Part shown: piece by piece, positions 20,325 to 31,939 of the stretch
Position numbering within the stretch: the stretch's first letter is position 1
Layout of the letters: every line of letters begins with the position of its first letter
Origin: Bdellovibrionales bacterium
GTDB taxonomy: Bacteria > Bdellovibrionota > Bdellovibrionia > Bdellovibrionales > UBA1609
Direction of reading: 5' to 3'
Length of the DNA stretch: 64,000 nt
NCBI GenBank assembly: GCA_965203095.1
Contig: OZ241877.1
Span: forward strand, 1,664,001-1,728,000
Position numbers and translations under genes: made by a program
Notes under the pieces: model-generated
What the model was told of the DNA's origin: nothing
The model's input: only the letters and a program-made list of their open reading frames with translations
Databases searched by the model: none

Positions 20325-22016
20325 CTATTTCATTTCAGTTTTTAAATCAGAAGGGATAGCCTCTATCAGTTTACGGGTGTAAGGGTTTTTAGGGTTTTTG
20401 TAAATTTCATCCGGATCATTATATTCCACAATTTGGCCATTTTGCATAACGGCGATTTTATCAGAAATAAATTTTACCACAGATAAATCATGAGAGATAA
20501 AAATATAAGTCAAACTCATTTTGTCTTGAAGATCTTTTAAGAGGTTTAAAATTTGTGCCTGTATGGAGACATCTAAGGAAGAAACCGACTCATCACATAT
20601 AATAAATTCCGGCTGAACAGCAATGGCACGAGCAATGCAAACCCTTTGCCTTTGCCCACCAGAAAATTCATGAGGGTAGCGGTTGGTCATGTTTTTGTTT
20701 AAACCCACTTGCTCCATAAGGGATTCCACTTTGTCCATCCTCTGTTTTTTGTCGGAATAGAGCTTATGGATAATCATCGGTTCCATAATAGAGGCTCCCA
20801 CAGTCATTCTGGGGTTTAAAGAGGCGTAAGGATCTTGAAAAATAATCTGCATCTTCCTTCTCATAGCTTTGAGCTTTTTCGAATCCAACTGAAGAATATC
20901 TGTTTTATTGTATAAAATTTGCCCTTCGGAGGCTTGGATAAGACGCAAAATAGTTCGGCCCAAAGTGGTTTTGCCACAACCGGATTCCCCAACTAAACCC
21001 AAAGTGCTGGCTTTGTGGACTTCAAAGGAGACATTATCCACCGCTTTTATGTAGGAGAGGCTTTTTCCAAAAAAAGATTTTTTTAAAGGGAAATATTTTT
21101 TTAAGCCTTTAACTTCCAGCAAAGCTTCTCCGGTGAAATCTTTTTGGACTTTTAGCGGAAGGTTTTGGAGGATTTTAGTTTTCCCTGTCAAAAAGTCGTT
21201 CACTGTGGGCAGGCGAGCTAAGTTTTTGTTCAGTTTGGGCCGGCAGGCAATTAAACCTTGAGTATAAGCCTTTTGAGGTTTTTTAAAAACATCTTCAGTG
21301 GGGCCGGCCTCCACGATTTTTCCCTCACGCATGACTACAATCTTTTGAGCAATTTCAGCAATAAGAGCTAAGTCATGAGAGATAAACAGGACAGACATTT
21401 TCATCTTTTCTTGAAGATTTTGGATAAGCTCGATGATTTGTTTTTGAATGGTCACATCTAAGGCTGTGGTCGGCTCATCAGCAATAAGAAGATCGGGCTG
21501 GCAAGCTATGGCCATGGCAATCATCACCCTTTGCCTTTGCCCGCCACTCATCTCATGCGGGTAAGATTGTGCCCGGCGGGAGGGTTGGGATATTCCCACT
21601 TGATCTAACAGATCAATAGTTTTTTCCCGGGCTTCTTTTTTGTTTTTGTTTTGGTGCAAAATTAAAGCCTCATCAATTTGATAGCCCACGGTGAAAACAG
21701 GATTCAGGCTGGTCATAGGCTCTTGAAAAATCATAGAGATCTGATTGCCTCTCACTTGACGCATTTGCTTTTCAGAGAGTTGGAGCAGGTCCTTCCCTTT
21801 AAATAGGATTTGCCCTTGGCTAATATCCCCCGGCGGTTGAGGGATGAGCCTTATAATGCTTAATGCAGTCACACTTTTCCCCGATCCCGATTCGCCCACC
21901 ACCCCTAAGGCCTCTCCTTTTGTAATATCAAGGGACACTCCTCTTAGAGCTTTAACAAAAAGCTCTTTTGTTTTAAATTCTACTTGAAGATTTTTTATTG
22001 ATAGAAAAGCAGACAT
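20325..22016 (-). CDS. Peptide/nickel ABC transporter ATP-binding protein, two fused ATPase domains
   Basis: GESGSGKS and [20 protein letters not shown] and [12 protein letters not shown]. Confidence 0.95.
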   Translation of the reverse strand: MSAFLSIKNLQVEFKTKELFVKALRGVSLDITKGEALGVVGESGSGKSVTALSIIRLIPQPPGDISQGQILFKGKDLLQLSEKQMRQVRGNQISMIFQEPMTSLNPVFTVGYQIDEALILHQNKNKKEAREKTIDLLDQVGISQPSRRAQSYPHEMSGGQRQRVMIAMAIACQPDLLIADEPTTALDVTIQKQIIELIQNLQEKMKMSVLFISHDLALIAEIAQKIVVMREGKIVEAGPTEDVFKKPQKAYTQGLIACRPKLNKNLARLPTVNDFLTGKTKILQNLPLKVQKDFTGEALLEVKGLKKYFPLKKSFFGKSLSYIKAVDNVSFEVHKASTLGLVGESGCGKTTLGRTILRLIQASEGQILYNKTDILQLDSKKLKAMRRKMQIIFQDPYASLNPRMTVGASIMEPMIIHKLYSDKKQRMDKVESLMEQVGLNKNMTNRYPHEFSGGQRQRVCIARAIAVQPEFIICDESVSSLDVSIQAQILNLLKDLQDKMSLTYIFISHDLSVVKFISDKIAVMQNGQIVEYNDPDEIYKNPKNPYTRKLIEAIPSDLKTEMK

Positions 22017-22069
22017 AATAGCAGTTTACTGTGCTGTGTAGGGCTATGTCCAGCCTTTTTTGCACTAAA

Positions 22070-23200
22070 CTAAGGCATTTTCAGCTCTTTGCAAAATAAT
22101 TCAAACGGCAGGACCCTCACCCCTCCCTTTTCATAATTTTTATTTTTTTGATGAACTTGATAAAAGCCAGGGATATTTGTCCTCTCTTTAAAGTAGCGAA
22201 TAGAAGGGGAAACTTGGGAGTCTCCTGACTTGCACTCCACAGCAAAGACAGGTTTTTTGTTTTTAAGAAGAACAAAATCCACTTCCCTTTTGTCTGTATC
22301 TCTAAGAAATCTCAGGTCCCATTTCTCTCCTTCAGTATCTTCTTTAAAGTGACAATATTTGAGCAGTTGGCTCGCCACTAAGTTTTCAAATCTCGGCCCT
22401 TCTTTTTCAATAGAAGTCCAGTTGTAAAGGTAAAGCTTTTTTTCTTTTTTGACGGCACGAATGCGAGGCGGACCAAAAGGCAAAATGCGAAAGCAAACAA
22501 AAAGGCTTTCTAAAATACAGATCCATCTTTCCACGGTTTCGTGAGAAACTTCTAAATCCTCTTTTAAGTTTTTGATCGATAGGGGAGAGCCTACTCTTTC
22601 TGGCAAGGCTGACACAAGAGTTTCTAAAATGTCTAATTCCTTGACTCTTTCTAAGTCACGAACATCCTCTCGAACAAGCCCATCCGCTCTTTCTTTTTGC
22701 CATCTCATGTAGATTTTTTTTGATCCAGCAAAAAGAGGTTCTGGAAAACCGCTCAAGTTTAGAAGATCCTTCAAGTCTTTTTTTGTGGGACGAGGGTTTA
22801 ACTCTCTGAGAGAAAAGGGGTGCATGCGGTAAGAAAAGTAACGACCCTGAAGGGAATCACCCCCGCGACTATAATGTTTTAAGCTACCTGAGCCTGTGAT
22901 GAGGAAGTGCCTTTTTGATTTTTCTTTATCGTAAAGCCCCTTCAATAAATTTCTCCAGCGAGAGTATTTATGCAGTTCGTCAAATAGCAAAATTTTTTCA
23001 TTAGGGGGCAGTTGTTCGGCCAGTATTCTTTTTCTGTCCTTTTTAGAATCCCAATTTAAGTAGGTGGGATGGCTCTCCGAGCCTTTTTTTAAAAAGCTTA
23101 AGGAAAAGGTGGTTTTGCCCACTTGACGGGGGCCGGAAAGGAAAACCATCTTCTTTTTTAAATCTTTTTTAATGGTTTTTTTAAGGTATCTTTCACTCAT
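22070..23200 (-). CDS. AAA ATPase (AAA_14 + DUF4143 type)
   Basis: GPRQVGKTT, FDELHK, TGSG, ENLVA, EVDF...VECK. Confidence 0.9.
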   Translation of the reverse strand: MSERYLKKTIKKDLKKKMVFLSGPRQVGKTTFSLSFLKKGSESHPTYLNWDSKKDRKRILAEQLPPNEKILLFDELHKYSRWRNLLKGLYDKEKSKRHFLITGSGSLKHYSRGGDSLQGRYFSYRMHPFSLRELNPRPTKKDLKDLLNLSGFPEPLFAGSKKIYMRWQKERADGLVREDVRDLERVKELDILETLVSALPERVGSPLSIKNLKEDLEVSHETVERWICILESLFVCFRILPFGPPRIRAVKKEKKLYLYNWTSIEKEGPRFENLVASQLLKYCHFKEDTEGEKWDLRFLRDTDKREVDFVLLKNKKPVFAVECKSGDSQVSPSIRYFKERTNIPGFYQVHQKNKNYEKGGVRVLPFELFCKELKMP

Positions 23201-23267
23201 AAGTATATAAATACTATCATAGTCCTATGTGAAAAAGCAAGTCATCCCGCAAATGCTCAGTAAAACA

Positions 23268-23349
23268 GACCTGATTTTATCCATGAGTAAAGTCAGATGG
23301 ACCTGATTTTACTCACGAGTAAAGTAAGATGGACCTAATTTTACTCATG
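23268..23349. repeat. About 2.5 direct repeats of 32 bp containing a palindrome (operator-like)
   Basis: GACCT starts at 23268, 23300 and 23332; core TTTACTCACGAGTAAA. Confidence 0.75.
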
Positions 23350-23409
23350 TTGGTTTTTGCTTATACGATAGTAAGGGCAGAAGCTTTTCACAGGCAATTC
23401 TTTAGGTTC

Positions 23410-23476
23410 TTTGCCCAAAGCCACAGCATTTCGGGACGGCAATACCTTGGACCCTCATGCTGTGGCTTTGGGCAAA
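23410..23476. repeat. Hairpin with the family A conserved loop
   Basis: Perfect 20-bp stem TTTGCCCAAAGCCACAGCAT / ATGCTGTGGCTTTGGGCAAA around a loop identical to 8852-8878. Confidence 0.85.
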
Positions 23477-23488
23477 AGCAGATAGACA

Positions 23489-23514
23489 GTCATTCCCGTG
23501 AAAACGGGAATCCA
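23489..23514. repeat. REP-like palindrome (ATTCCC-N8-GGGAAT type)
   Basis: GTCATTCCCGTGAAAACGGGAATCCA; related copies at about 14991, 16900, 56437 and 58961. Confidence 0.8.
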
Positions 23515-23528
23515 TTTTGGACTTTAAC

Positions 23529-23658
23529 CATGAAAAAAGTCTATATTTAATAGATCGCATAAGCAAAAGACCATTCTTTTTCAGGACAATAATACCTTAG
23601 ACCCTCACCGTTGGTTTTTGCTTATGCGATAAAGAACAAGAGCTTTTTCACGGGCGAC
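23529..23658. repeat. Family A element
   Basis: CATGAAAAAAG ... CTTTTTCACGGGCGAC ends; stem ATCGCATAAGCAAAAGACCA / TGGTTTTTGCTTATGCGAT; loop variant TTCAGGACAATAATACCTTAGACCCTCA. Confidence 0.8.
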
Positions 23659-23751
23659 CAACTAAGGGCCAGTTTTTTTTTAAAAAATTGAAAAGCTTTT
23701 CTATAAATTTTAAATTAGAGTTGTTTCCTGTTTTAAAAGAGGGGGGTTATT

Positions 23752-24162
23752 ATGTTTCGTTATCTTGTTTTTTTGATTTTCTTTTTATTTGTTCCACTGG
23801 CTATTTCCGCTCCGTCTAACAAACCCCGAGGGGACTGTGAGGGCAGAGAGTGGGGCAACTTATTCGACTCTCTTTCCAGAATTAAGGATGAATATATTGC
23901 ACTACAAAGAATGACTGGCGTAAACTGGGGACTCTTTATCGCCTTTGCCCAGGATTCAAGAATTACCGAAGATTTAAGACTTAGCATGCGACAAATCAAT
24001 CGGATGGGAAATATTTTAAAACAACTTATAGAACAAGAGAAAAATCTTGTAGATAGAGCCATTGTGCTAAGCATAAAACTGAAAAGATTAAGTGAGAATT
24101 GTGTGACAGAATCAGACTATGAAGTGGAAGAAACCCCGAGGAAGAGAGAGCAAAAAAAATAA
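23752..24162 (+). CDS. Hypothetical exported helical protein
   Basis: GAGGGG RBS; signal peptide; two Cys. Confidence 0.7.
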   Translation: MFRYLVFLIFFLFVPLAISAPSNKPRGDCEGREWGNLFDSLSRIKDEYIALQRMTGVNWGLFIAFAQDSRITEDLRLSMRQINRMGNILKQLIEQEKNLVDRAIVLSIKLKRLSENCVTESDYEVEETPRKREQKK

Positions 24163-24290
24163 AGGTCTGGAAACTCTTTTAATTTCTATCCTTTTTGTCA
24201 GTTTGTTAAAAAGTCTGGAGGCTTTGTTTTTGACGATTTTTTATTAGACCTCTTGTCAAGTCAGGGCGGTTTTGGTAAATTGCAATCCTC

Positions 24291-24938
24291 ATGCCAAGGA
24301 CAAAAAAAACCAAAAAATCTCTTTATATGGATGGGTTGTTCGGCCCAGAGGATCCCTACTTAAAAGCCCTTCGTAAATTAGCTCAAAAAGAGGGGCTGGA
24401 GGGCATGCAAATCTCCCTACATGAAGGGCGAATTTTAGAGTTTTTAACCCGAATTTTTAAAGCCAAAAAGATAGTGGAGATAGGGACTCTTTATGGCTAT
24501 TCTGCCTTCTGTATGGCTCGTGCCCTTCCCGCAGATGGGAAGATTTGGACTTTAGATTACTCTGTCGAAAAGCAAAAAAAAGCTCAGGAAGTTTTAAAAA
24601 ACTCATCAATAGGCCAAAAAATCCACTGTCTATCAGGTCCGGCTCAAGGGAGTTTGAAAACCATAACCGCTTCAGCCCCTTTTGATATGTTGTTTATTGA
24701 TGCTGATAAAGAATCCTATTTAGAGTATCTCTCCTGGGCAGAAAAGCATTTAAAAAAAGAAGGTCTGTTGGTAGCGGACAACAGCTTTTTATTTGGTGCG
24801 GTTTATGGGGGGGCCAGTCGCCCTCTAAAACCTAAAGCTACAGAAGTAATGAAAGAGTTTAACCTCCGCATATCCTCTTTTTGGAAGGGGGCTTTAATCC
24901 CCACCTCAGAGGGGCTGACTGTGGGTTTAAGGCCCTGA
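24291..24938 (+). CDS. SAM-dependent O-methyltransferase (caffeoyl-CoA/catechol type)
   Basis: VEIGTLYGYS, FDMLFIDADK..Y, VADN. Confidence 0.93.
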   Translation: MPRTKKTKKSLYMDGLFGPEDPYLKALRKLAQKEGLEGMQISLHEGRILEFLTRIFKAKKIVEIGTLYGYSAFCMARALPADGKIWTLDYSVEKQKKAQEVLKNSSIGQKIHCLSGPAQGSLKTITASAPFDMLFIDADKESYLEYLSWAEKHLKKEGLLVADNSFLFGAVYGGASRPLKPKATEVMKEFNLRISSFWKGALIPTSEGLTVGLRP

Positions 24939-25114
24939 GCTTTTTAGCAAGCTTTTTCAAAACACTTAAAAGTTCTTAAAATGTGGCACATAATGGAGAT
25001 CTGCTCAAAAAAAGTGTTAAGATTGTTTCAATTTTCAAGTAGAAATATCAAATTTTGTTTAAGAAAGCCCTCTCTATGTTTTTAAGCTATGGATTTATGC
25101 TATTATAAAGACCT

Positions 25115-26368
25115 GTGAAAAAGCTTACTAATAGATTGCATAAGTTATCCCCACTTAAGTTGGGAAAGACCCTTGTTTTGTTTATTTTTTTATGGCCTAT
25201 TGCTCTTTTAGCTGAGCCTTCTATCCCTCCGGTTTTAATGTCCTCTGAGCTGGTGAGTGAGGAAGGATCCTGGGAATCTCTTAATGAAGACATCTTCTTA
25301 GATGAAGAGATTCAAGAAAATAGAAGTTTGAAAGCTTTTTGGAAAACTGTTTTTGAAACTAAAATCCTATCCGACAAAGCCACAATGAACGCCATTGTCA
25401 GTAATGAGATTTACGGCAAACTGGATCTCAAAATGACAGAATTTTTATCTTTTCACACAAAGGGCTTGATTATCGGGAGAAACGGTTTTACTCAATCTAT
25501 TTACGATCGGGACGATCGGCAAAGGGGGCTTTACCTTTTGGAAGGTTTTTTTAAATGGCATTCTGAAAGCCCTTTCGCCATTCAAGCGGGAAGTATCCAG
25601 CAAAATTTTTTAAAAGCTCCACTTTTGACTTCAGACAAAAGCTTCCCCAGCCTGCTCGGTGAGTTTTCTTTTGAATTTTACCCTCCTTATAGTTTGTCCT
25701 TTTTATTGCAAACAGCTATTCCTGAAAATGCTTCAGAGATAGTCCGAAGGGAGCCTGAGGTTTTAAAATCTCCTCCTTGGTTTTTCAGTTCTTCTGCTTT
25801 TTTTGTTGAGCCAGATTTTCTGTTTGACTTAGGTATAGAGGAGCGACTGACTTTATTTTACTATCATAATTTGTCACCCGCTGTGGCGGACAGGAGCCGG
25901 ATCTATGGCAACAGTATAGAGCGGACGGCCAGTTCCTCCACCTTTAAATACCCTTTTTTGGGGCTTCACAATCATATCCAGATAAAAAAAAGTCTTTCTA
26001 CTTTTTGGATTGTGGAAGTGGGGGGAATTTGGTTATATAATTTTTTAGCACCAAACACTCACAATGAGGGGATGAGGCTTTATAGCACGGTTTATCACAA
26101 CTACGATGACATTATGGAAATCAAATTGAAGGGGGAGTTTTTTGCCAACCAGTCTGACAGCTCTGTCGCTTACTACAGTAGCGAGACTTATGGGCGAAAC
26201 AACCAAAGAGGCTTTTTAGCAGAGGCTCAAAATCATTTTTACGATTCGGGGTTGACTGTGGGTTTAAGGTTTGTCTACAGCCAACCCATAAACTATCCCG
26301 ACAAATCACCTAAGGGTTCTTCTTTTTCCTTTTCTTTTTCTTTAATGACAAATTATATTCCTATTTGA
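25115..26368 (+). CDS. Putative outer-membrane beta-barrel protein
   Basis: Signal peptide; alternating aromatic/polar strands, e.g. terminal SFSFSFSLMTNY. Confidence 0.6.
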   Translation: MKKLTNRLHKLSPLKLGKTLVLFIFLWPIALLAEPSIPPVLMSSELVSEEGSWESLNEDIFLDEEIQENRSLKAFWKTVFETKILSDKATMNAIVSNEIYGKLDLKMTEFLSFHTKGLIIGRNGFTQSIYDRDDRQRGLYLLEGFFKWHSESPFAIQAGSIQQNFLKAPLLTSDKSFPSLLGEFSFEFYPPYSLSFLLQTAIPENASEIVRREPEVLKSPPWFFSSSAFFVEPDFLFDLGIEERLTLFYYHNLSPAVADRSRIYGNSIERTASSSTFKYPFLGLHNHIQIKKSLSTFWIVEVGGIWLYNFLAPNTHNEGMRLYSTVYHNYDDIMEIKLKGEFFANQSDSSVAYYSSETYGRNNQRGFLAEAQNHFYDSGLTVGLRFVYSQPINYPDKSPKGSSFSFSFSLMTNYIPI

Positions 26369-26383
26369 ACTGGGGTTTAAAAA

Positions 26384-29300
26384 ATGTTTAAAAAAATGTT
26401 TTTTTATTTTTTGAAAGGGGAGGCCACCGGCCCTCTTAAGACTCTTTTTTGTAGTTTGGCTTTTTTATCTTCTTGTGCTTTTTGGGAAAGGGAAAAGCCC
26501 ACTCAGTCCACAGTCATAGGAGACATTAAAGAATGTTCCGCGGGAAGTGCCCCCTTTGTGGTCAGTCAGATCACAAAATCTCCTAATGAAAAAGCCATCA
26601 CTGTTATCTCCGGAGCGGATGGCCTTGCAGAAAGCTTTGTTTTAAATTTAAGAACTTGCATGAAAGACTGGATCCGCCAAGACAACCCCATTCAAAACGC
26701 ACCTTTTGTTGTAGAATATTACAGTAGTGTAGAAAATCAAAAAAAAGGACAGGTGGAAAAGGTTAAAGTGGTTTCCGATACTCAAGGATGTATTCAATGG
26801 CAGGAAAGATACAGATACAAATACACAGCTCAGCCGTTTTGGATTGGGCTTGAGAGAAGTATTAAAAAAGAAGAAGGGGCTTATGCTGGAGCAGAGCTTG
26901 TGCCTATGGCAGTCAATCCATGGCTTTCTGAAAAGGATATAGAAAATGGCCTGCCCTTTATTTTAGACACCCGTTGCGAATATTCCCGGAGACATTCTAT
27001 TTTTAACGAACCAAAAAATTATAAGTCTAAAGGCTTAAGCTATCTTGAAAAAGTAAAAAAGAAGGAAAGACCTCTTATATGGGCTCCTATGGTCTCTTTA
27101 CAGATTCGAGAGACCAATCCCAACCAAAATCAACCAAGAGAAAAACCGGGAACCACAAACATTCGTCAGTTTTTAAAAAAATATCAAAAGCCTTGCGAAA
27201 CAGATGCTGATCCTCGTTTTTGCTATAAGAGGCAAGCTCAAATGTCACTTTACATTCCTTTAGAGCTTAGAACTTTAGACATGAGCCAAACCCTGGCCCA
27301 TAAAGAGCTTAGCGGGGGGGAATATGATGTAGAGGCTCATCTGCTGATATCCCCTATGGCCAACGGGAAAAATTATCTTCTTCACGAAGAGATTTGTAAA
27401 AAAGAGGGTATCAACTTGAACCGGACAAATGAATCTTTAAGTTTAGTTTGCCTTATCGATCTCTCTTATTTTAATCAAAATGCTTTGTATAAGTTGGCCA
27501 TTCGTATAAAACCCTCTAAAGGACTGCCCTTTAAAAAATTTGAAGGGGTTTATAGCATTAACCTAAACTTTCAACATGAGAGAAATGATTTTTTTATTGA
27601 AACAGCTCATGATGAAGAATACAGACAAATTTTAAATACGAATCAGGAGCTGAACATTGTAAATAGTATGGAAATTCAAACAGTTCCTAAACCTCTTCGA
27701 AAAACCCACTCATGGTTTTGGTTAACTAAAAAAAGCGATCGGGAAGAAAGAGAGGTGCTCAATATAAATGAAGGTTCTTTCGAAGGGGTGAATTTTTATC
27801 CCCTTCACTTGGATGGCCATGGGGAGTATAAGCTATCTCACATTGGTGGGAGTGCAATTGGTGAGGATGCAAGTTGTGAGGAGCGAAAAAATAAAGAAAA
27901 TGTGGTTAAAAGAACTGTAGTTTTTGTAGGAAAGATTTGCCTCACAGATGTTTTAGACAGCCAAAAGAAATTAAATAATGAGTCTTTTCGTGTCTTTTTA
28001 GAAAGGCCAACAAAGGATATTGAGAAAAACATTAAAAAGGACACTGAAGAGAAAAGTATAGAGGAAATTTATTTTAATGATGAAAAACAATTGTTCCGGG
28101 CCGATGGAAGTGGCTGTATATCCATTCCTATTGAGCTAAGACATAATATTTATGACCGGCAAAGATATTTTCAGGTGGATGTTCATATTTTATCTGAAAG
28201 CTTGAACCTCTATGGGAAGGTGCGATTGGCCCTTAGCCCCTGGCAAAGGGCTTTCCAGGCCTTTCAGGATGCACAAAACTTAGATGAAAACATTATCCGT
28301 TTCAATACCAAAGGGATAGACAAGCCCAAACTCATTATTAATCAGTTCCGAAGTATTAATTTGTTTCCCTCTTATGGCTTAGATAAATTGCTCAATATTC
28401 ATCTTTTTCATAGGATTTATCTTTTGTTTCAGCCCTTTATCCGAAGGCCGGACAACCTGTCCCTTGGCCTCCAGCATAATGCCCGTGAGCTGTTAAGAGA
28501 TGGTCATTACTTAGTGAGAGTTCTTATCCTTCGAAATCCTCAAGAGACAGGTAGCTCTGAATATTTTAGCCGGGTAAAAACCACAGAAAACTTAAACAGT
28601 GCACGAAATAACAGGGTCCGTTCGGGGGATATCCCCTTGGAGGGAGCAAGATACATTACTCATACCGACTCTGTTGTAAAAGCTAAGGCCAATTTTATAA
28701 ACTTTTACATGCCTATTTATTTATCCACAAAACAATTTTATTATATTGCCTCCCGGAATCTTATTGTTATAGAGATTCATCCAGCAGATCCTCACAGATT
28801 CAAATATAATGAAGAGGATAAAAATTGTTTTTTAAACACTGAAAAAACCAAATGGACCCCATTTATTGATCATGAACTGGAAAATTCTCCTTATGTAGGG
28901 GCTTTTAATATTCAAAACTTAGATAACTGGAATCTCCTGCAACCAGCAAAGCATATTGATACCGATCAAATTATAAATCAATCGGAGACAGGGAAAAAAT
29001 ACCGGCATTTTAATTTCTCTACAAATGGACGAGAAGAGAATGGGCGAGAGGAGACACAAAAAACGGCCACATTGCCCAAATCACTTGTGGAAAATACTGG
29101 CTGTGTAAACGAGCTTTATTCAGAAGAACAAGCAGTAGCTGTCCAAAAAGCTTTACTGGATTCTAATGGCTCAGCATCCTCTCTCATTGAGCCTACAAAA
29201 AGTGAAATGGCCTCTTGTGTGGATCTTGCTGAGGGTTCTGCTCTTTCCCCATTAACTGAGGATTATAGAAAAAGGGAGGAAGCCAACCAGCAATTTGATG

Positions 29301-31939
29301 TGCTAAAAAACTTTGCACAAAAAGAGAGTCTTCGTCTTATCACTTTGTCTGAAGGAGATAATGAAGGTGAAAAGTTTTTAAAAGACATCCAATCCTCTTT
29401 TGAGAGTTATCTTTCTCAAGAAGGGGGAGAGTTAGAAGATCTTGAGACTTTAAATGATCTCAGTTTTTTAGAACAGTTCCCTAAAGAAGATCAACAGATT
29501 TTAAAAACTAAAATAGAAAAAATATGCAAGGCTCATTTTGCGGATTTCTTAGGTCTTCAAGATAGAGCTAAGGAGTGCCAAGTATCTATTTTAACAAGTT
29601 ATCTAAAAAATATAAGAGATATATCAGAAGGGAGAGATCCTTTAATTTCTATTTTTAAAATCATTTCAGATAATGAGTTAGTGAGCGAAGATGAGGCTTT
29701 AGAGCAGAGCTTTGAGCTTTGCAAAAGCTCTCAAAGGGAGAGCACAGCATGCCATACAGCCACACGAGAATATGTATCTCAGGCAGTGGAGACAGCTGTT
29801 AAAAGTTTTCACAAGGATCGGTATTTTCTTGGGGTGGCCATTTTAAGTCTTCTTTCTTATGAGGAAAAACAAAAGTTTTTTAAAAATATAAAAAAATGCT
29901 CTAATTATCTTTTTCTATCTTCTGAAGAAGAGGGATATGAAAAATGCTATTATCAAAAACTCACAGAGATTTATGTAAAAAAACCACAACTTCCAAGTAG
30001 TATTGAAGTAGATGAGGATATGTTGAAACACTTTGAGAAAGAAGATCAAAAAGAGGCTCAATACAGAAAACTCATTTACTGCCCTCTTTGTTCAGCAGAT
30101 GGTAATAGCTCCTTAACATCCTACTGGGGAGAAAGACCAGTTAGAGAAAAAAAGGTTTTAAAAGAAATTATAGAAGATCCCATAAATATTTCTGGTTTTA
30201 TTGAGCAGGGAGTAAAAAACAGCAACCGGCTCGATCCGGGAGTTTTGGCTTTTTCTAAAAGCCTGTGCCTGTTTTGGTTTGATTTCTATCTTAAAGACTA
30301 TTTGAAAAAAGAGCAGATGCTCAGTGCTTACACAAAATACATTCAGAATTTTGATTATCTTCAAATTTTAGAAAGTGATTTTGATAACTTCATGTCCTCT
30401 TATGATGAAAAAGGATATATTTTAAATGATTTAATGCAATGGTTGAATGCTGAAGAGGAGGGAGGAGAGGCAACGGAAGAGAAGGATAAGCTTTCTGGCT
30501 GTTATCGCGAATACGCCAGCTGTCTTGTAGCCGATCACTGTTTGCAAAGGGATACTAATAAAAACAAAGAGGAATTTTGCCCTGAAGATCCAGTGGCCTC
30601 TTCCTCTTGCCATCATCTGCTTGAGGAAGAATGCCGGAAGGATAGCTCCTTTAGCCTCTGTAAAGATAAATGCCTCCGCAATCCCTATGGTAAAAATTGT
30701 AATGGGGAAAGCCTTTGTGTTTCAAAAACCAGGGATTTTTGCCTTCTCAATCCCGATCATGAGTTTTGCGAAAAATATGACGGAGCTTGCCTTCAAAACT
30801 ACCTGCCCTGTTTGGAAAACAACAAACATTCCCCCATTTTTAATACAAATAATGTGCTGAATTACAAAAGCGGGAAATCATTTCCTCCACTTAAGACCTG
30901 TCTTGAAAATCCTTATGAGTTTTTTAATTTTGAGAACAAAATGATAGTTCGTGAAATTTCAAAAAATGATCCTCAATGGAAAAGCGGTTTTTTAAGAAAC
31001 TTTTTTGTCTCCAGCAATGCTTCTATTGGATCTTATATGAATTGGACTGCCCAAAGGGGCCGGAGCCTATCTGTTTCCGGAAAAGCAGATATAGGTGCAA
31101 AGTTTGGCTCGATGGGAAGAGGCTCGCGTCCATTGTCTTTTTTCGATGCCGGTTTGAATTTGAGTGGCAGTATGAGCCAGTCAGCCAACTCTAATGAATC
31201 CAATAGTGCCCGGAGGGCTTATGATGCTCGTGTGGGGGAAGGGGTTTATTTGACCGTGGGGGAAGCCAAAATCACATTAGGCGTGACAAAGTTTCAAAAA
31301 TGTCTTGTGATAAAGCCCCGGCCCAATGCCTTTTCGGCTAAACTGAGTGCAGGGGAGCCGGAACTTTATGAGGATATTTGGCATGAAGATCTGGAGCAAA
31401 AAACATTAAAAAAACTAATTGTCTCTCGCCCGGGGCTTATCCTTTGCAATCCCACTCAAAAGCGGGAAAAAAATAACACTGAGAAAATTACCGAATCCTA
31501 TTACTATGTCTCTCAACAGGTAGAGGCCAATAACTCTCAGTTTCTCAATCTTTATGATTTGGCCAATCGCCCCTTTATGTTAATTTTACGGGGCCGAAGG
31601 GAGTTTGTGAAAATGTTTTATCTTTTAAAATTAGCTATAGAAGGGGATAATGGAGAGATCCTGCAAAACAGCGGTTTGAACCAAGCACCAGAAAACATGT
31701 TCATCAACTACCCCTTTCCTATAGAAGAATCATTGGGTTTGAGTTTAATGATGAGGGAGTTTAATGAAACCGGCTTTTCCCCCGGAGTTTATCATTATCC
31801 AGAGGACTCTGATGAGTATATGGATTCCTGGTTTGCAGAAATAGGAAGAAGCCAGATACTTCTGGATCCTTTAACAAATAACAATATATTTTCTGTTCCT
31901 TTAATCCCTGAAAATACTGTGCCTCAGCAAAATCATTGA
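26384..31939 (+). CDS. Very large Cys-rich putative lipoprotein, function unknown
   Basis: 1851-aa ORF; lipobox-like FLSSC; dense Cys cluster near 30500-30900. Confidence 0.75.
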   Translation: MFKKMFFYFLKGEATGPLKTLFCSLAFLSSCAFWEREKPTQSTVIGDIKECSAGSAPFVVSQITKSPNEKAITVISGADGLAESFVLNLRTCMKDWIRQDNPIQNAPFVVEYYSSVENQKKGQVEKVKVVSDTQGCIQWQERYRYKYTAQPFWIGLERSIKKEEGAYAGAELVPMAVNPWLSEKDIENGLPFILDTRCEYSRRHSIFNEPKNYKSKGLSYLEKVKKKERPLIWAPMVSLQIRETNPNQNQPREKPGTTNIRQFLKKYQKPCETDADPRFCYKRQAQMSLYIPLELRTLDMSQTLAHKELSGGEYDVEAHLLISPMANGKNYLLHEEICKKEGINLNRTNESLSLVCLIDLSYFNQNALYKLAIRIKPSKGLPFKKFEGVYSINLNFQHERNDFFIETAHDEEYRQILNTNQELNIVNSMEIQTVPKPLRKTHSWFWLTKKSDREEREVLNINEGSFEGVNFYPLHLDGHGEYKLSHIGGSAIGEDASCEERKNKENVVKRTVVFVGKICLTDVLDSQKKLNNESFRVFLERPTKDIEKNIKKDTEEKSIEEIYFNDEKQLFRADGSGCISIPIELRHNIYDRQRYFQVDVHILSESLNLYGKVRLALSPWQRAFQAFQDAQNLDENIIRFNTKGIDKPKLIINQFRSINLFPSYGLDKLLNIHLFHRIYLLFQPFIRRPDNLSLGLQHNARELLRDGHYLVRVLILRNPQETGSSEYFSRVKTTENLNSARNNRVRSGDIPLEGARYITHTDSVVKAKANFINFYMPIYLSTKQFYYIASRNLIVIEIHPADPHRFKYNEEDKNCFLNTEKTKWTPFIDHELENSPYVGAFNIQNLDNWNLLQPAKHIDTDQIINQSETGKKYRHFNFSTNGREENGREETQKTATLPKSLVENTGCVNELYSEEQAVAVQKALLDSNGSASSLIEPTKSEMASCVDLAEGSALSPLTEDYRKREEANQQFDVLKNFAQKESLRLITLSEGDNEGEKFLKDIQSSFESYLSQEGGELEDLETLNDLSFLEQFPKEDQQILKTKIEKICKAHFADFLGLQDRAKECQVSILTSYLKNIRDISEGRDPLISIFKIISDNELVSEDEALEQSFELCKSSQRESTACHTATREYVSQAVETAVKSFHKDRYFLGVAILSLLSYEEKQKFFKNIKKCSNYLFLSSEEEGYEKCYYQKLTEIYVKKPQLPSSIEVDEDMLKHFEKEDQKEAQYRKLIYCPLCSADGNSSLTSYWGERPVREKKVLKEIIEDPINISGFIEQGVKNSNRLDPGVLAFSKSLCLFWFDFYLKDYLKKEQMLSAYTKYIQNFDYLQILESDFDNFMSSYDEKGYILNDLMQWLNAEEEGGEATEEKDKLSGCYREYASCLVADHCLQRDTNKNKEEFCPEDPVASSSCHHLLEEECRKDSSFSLCKDKCLRNPYGKNCNGESLCVSKTRDFCLLNPDHEFCEKYDGACLQNYLPCLENNKHSPIFNTNNVLNYKSGKSFPPLKTCLENPYEFFNFENKMIVREISKNDPQWKSGFLRNFFVSSNASIGSYMNWTAQRGRSLSVSGKADIGAKFGSMGRGSRPLSFFDAGLNLSGSMSQSANSNESNSARRAYDARVGEGVYLTVGEAKITLGVTKFQKCLVIKPRPNAFSAKLSAGEPELYEDIWHEDLEQKTLKKLIVSRPGLILCNPTQKREKNNTEKITESYYYVSQQVEANNSQFLNLYDLANRPFMLILRGRREFVKMFYLLKLAIEGDNGEILQNSGLNQAPENMFINYPFPIEESLGLSLMMREFNETGFSPGVYHYPEDSDEYMDSWFAEIGRSQILLDPLTNNNIFSVPLIPENTVPQQNH

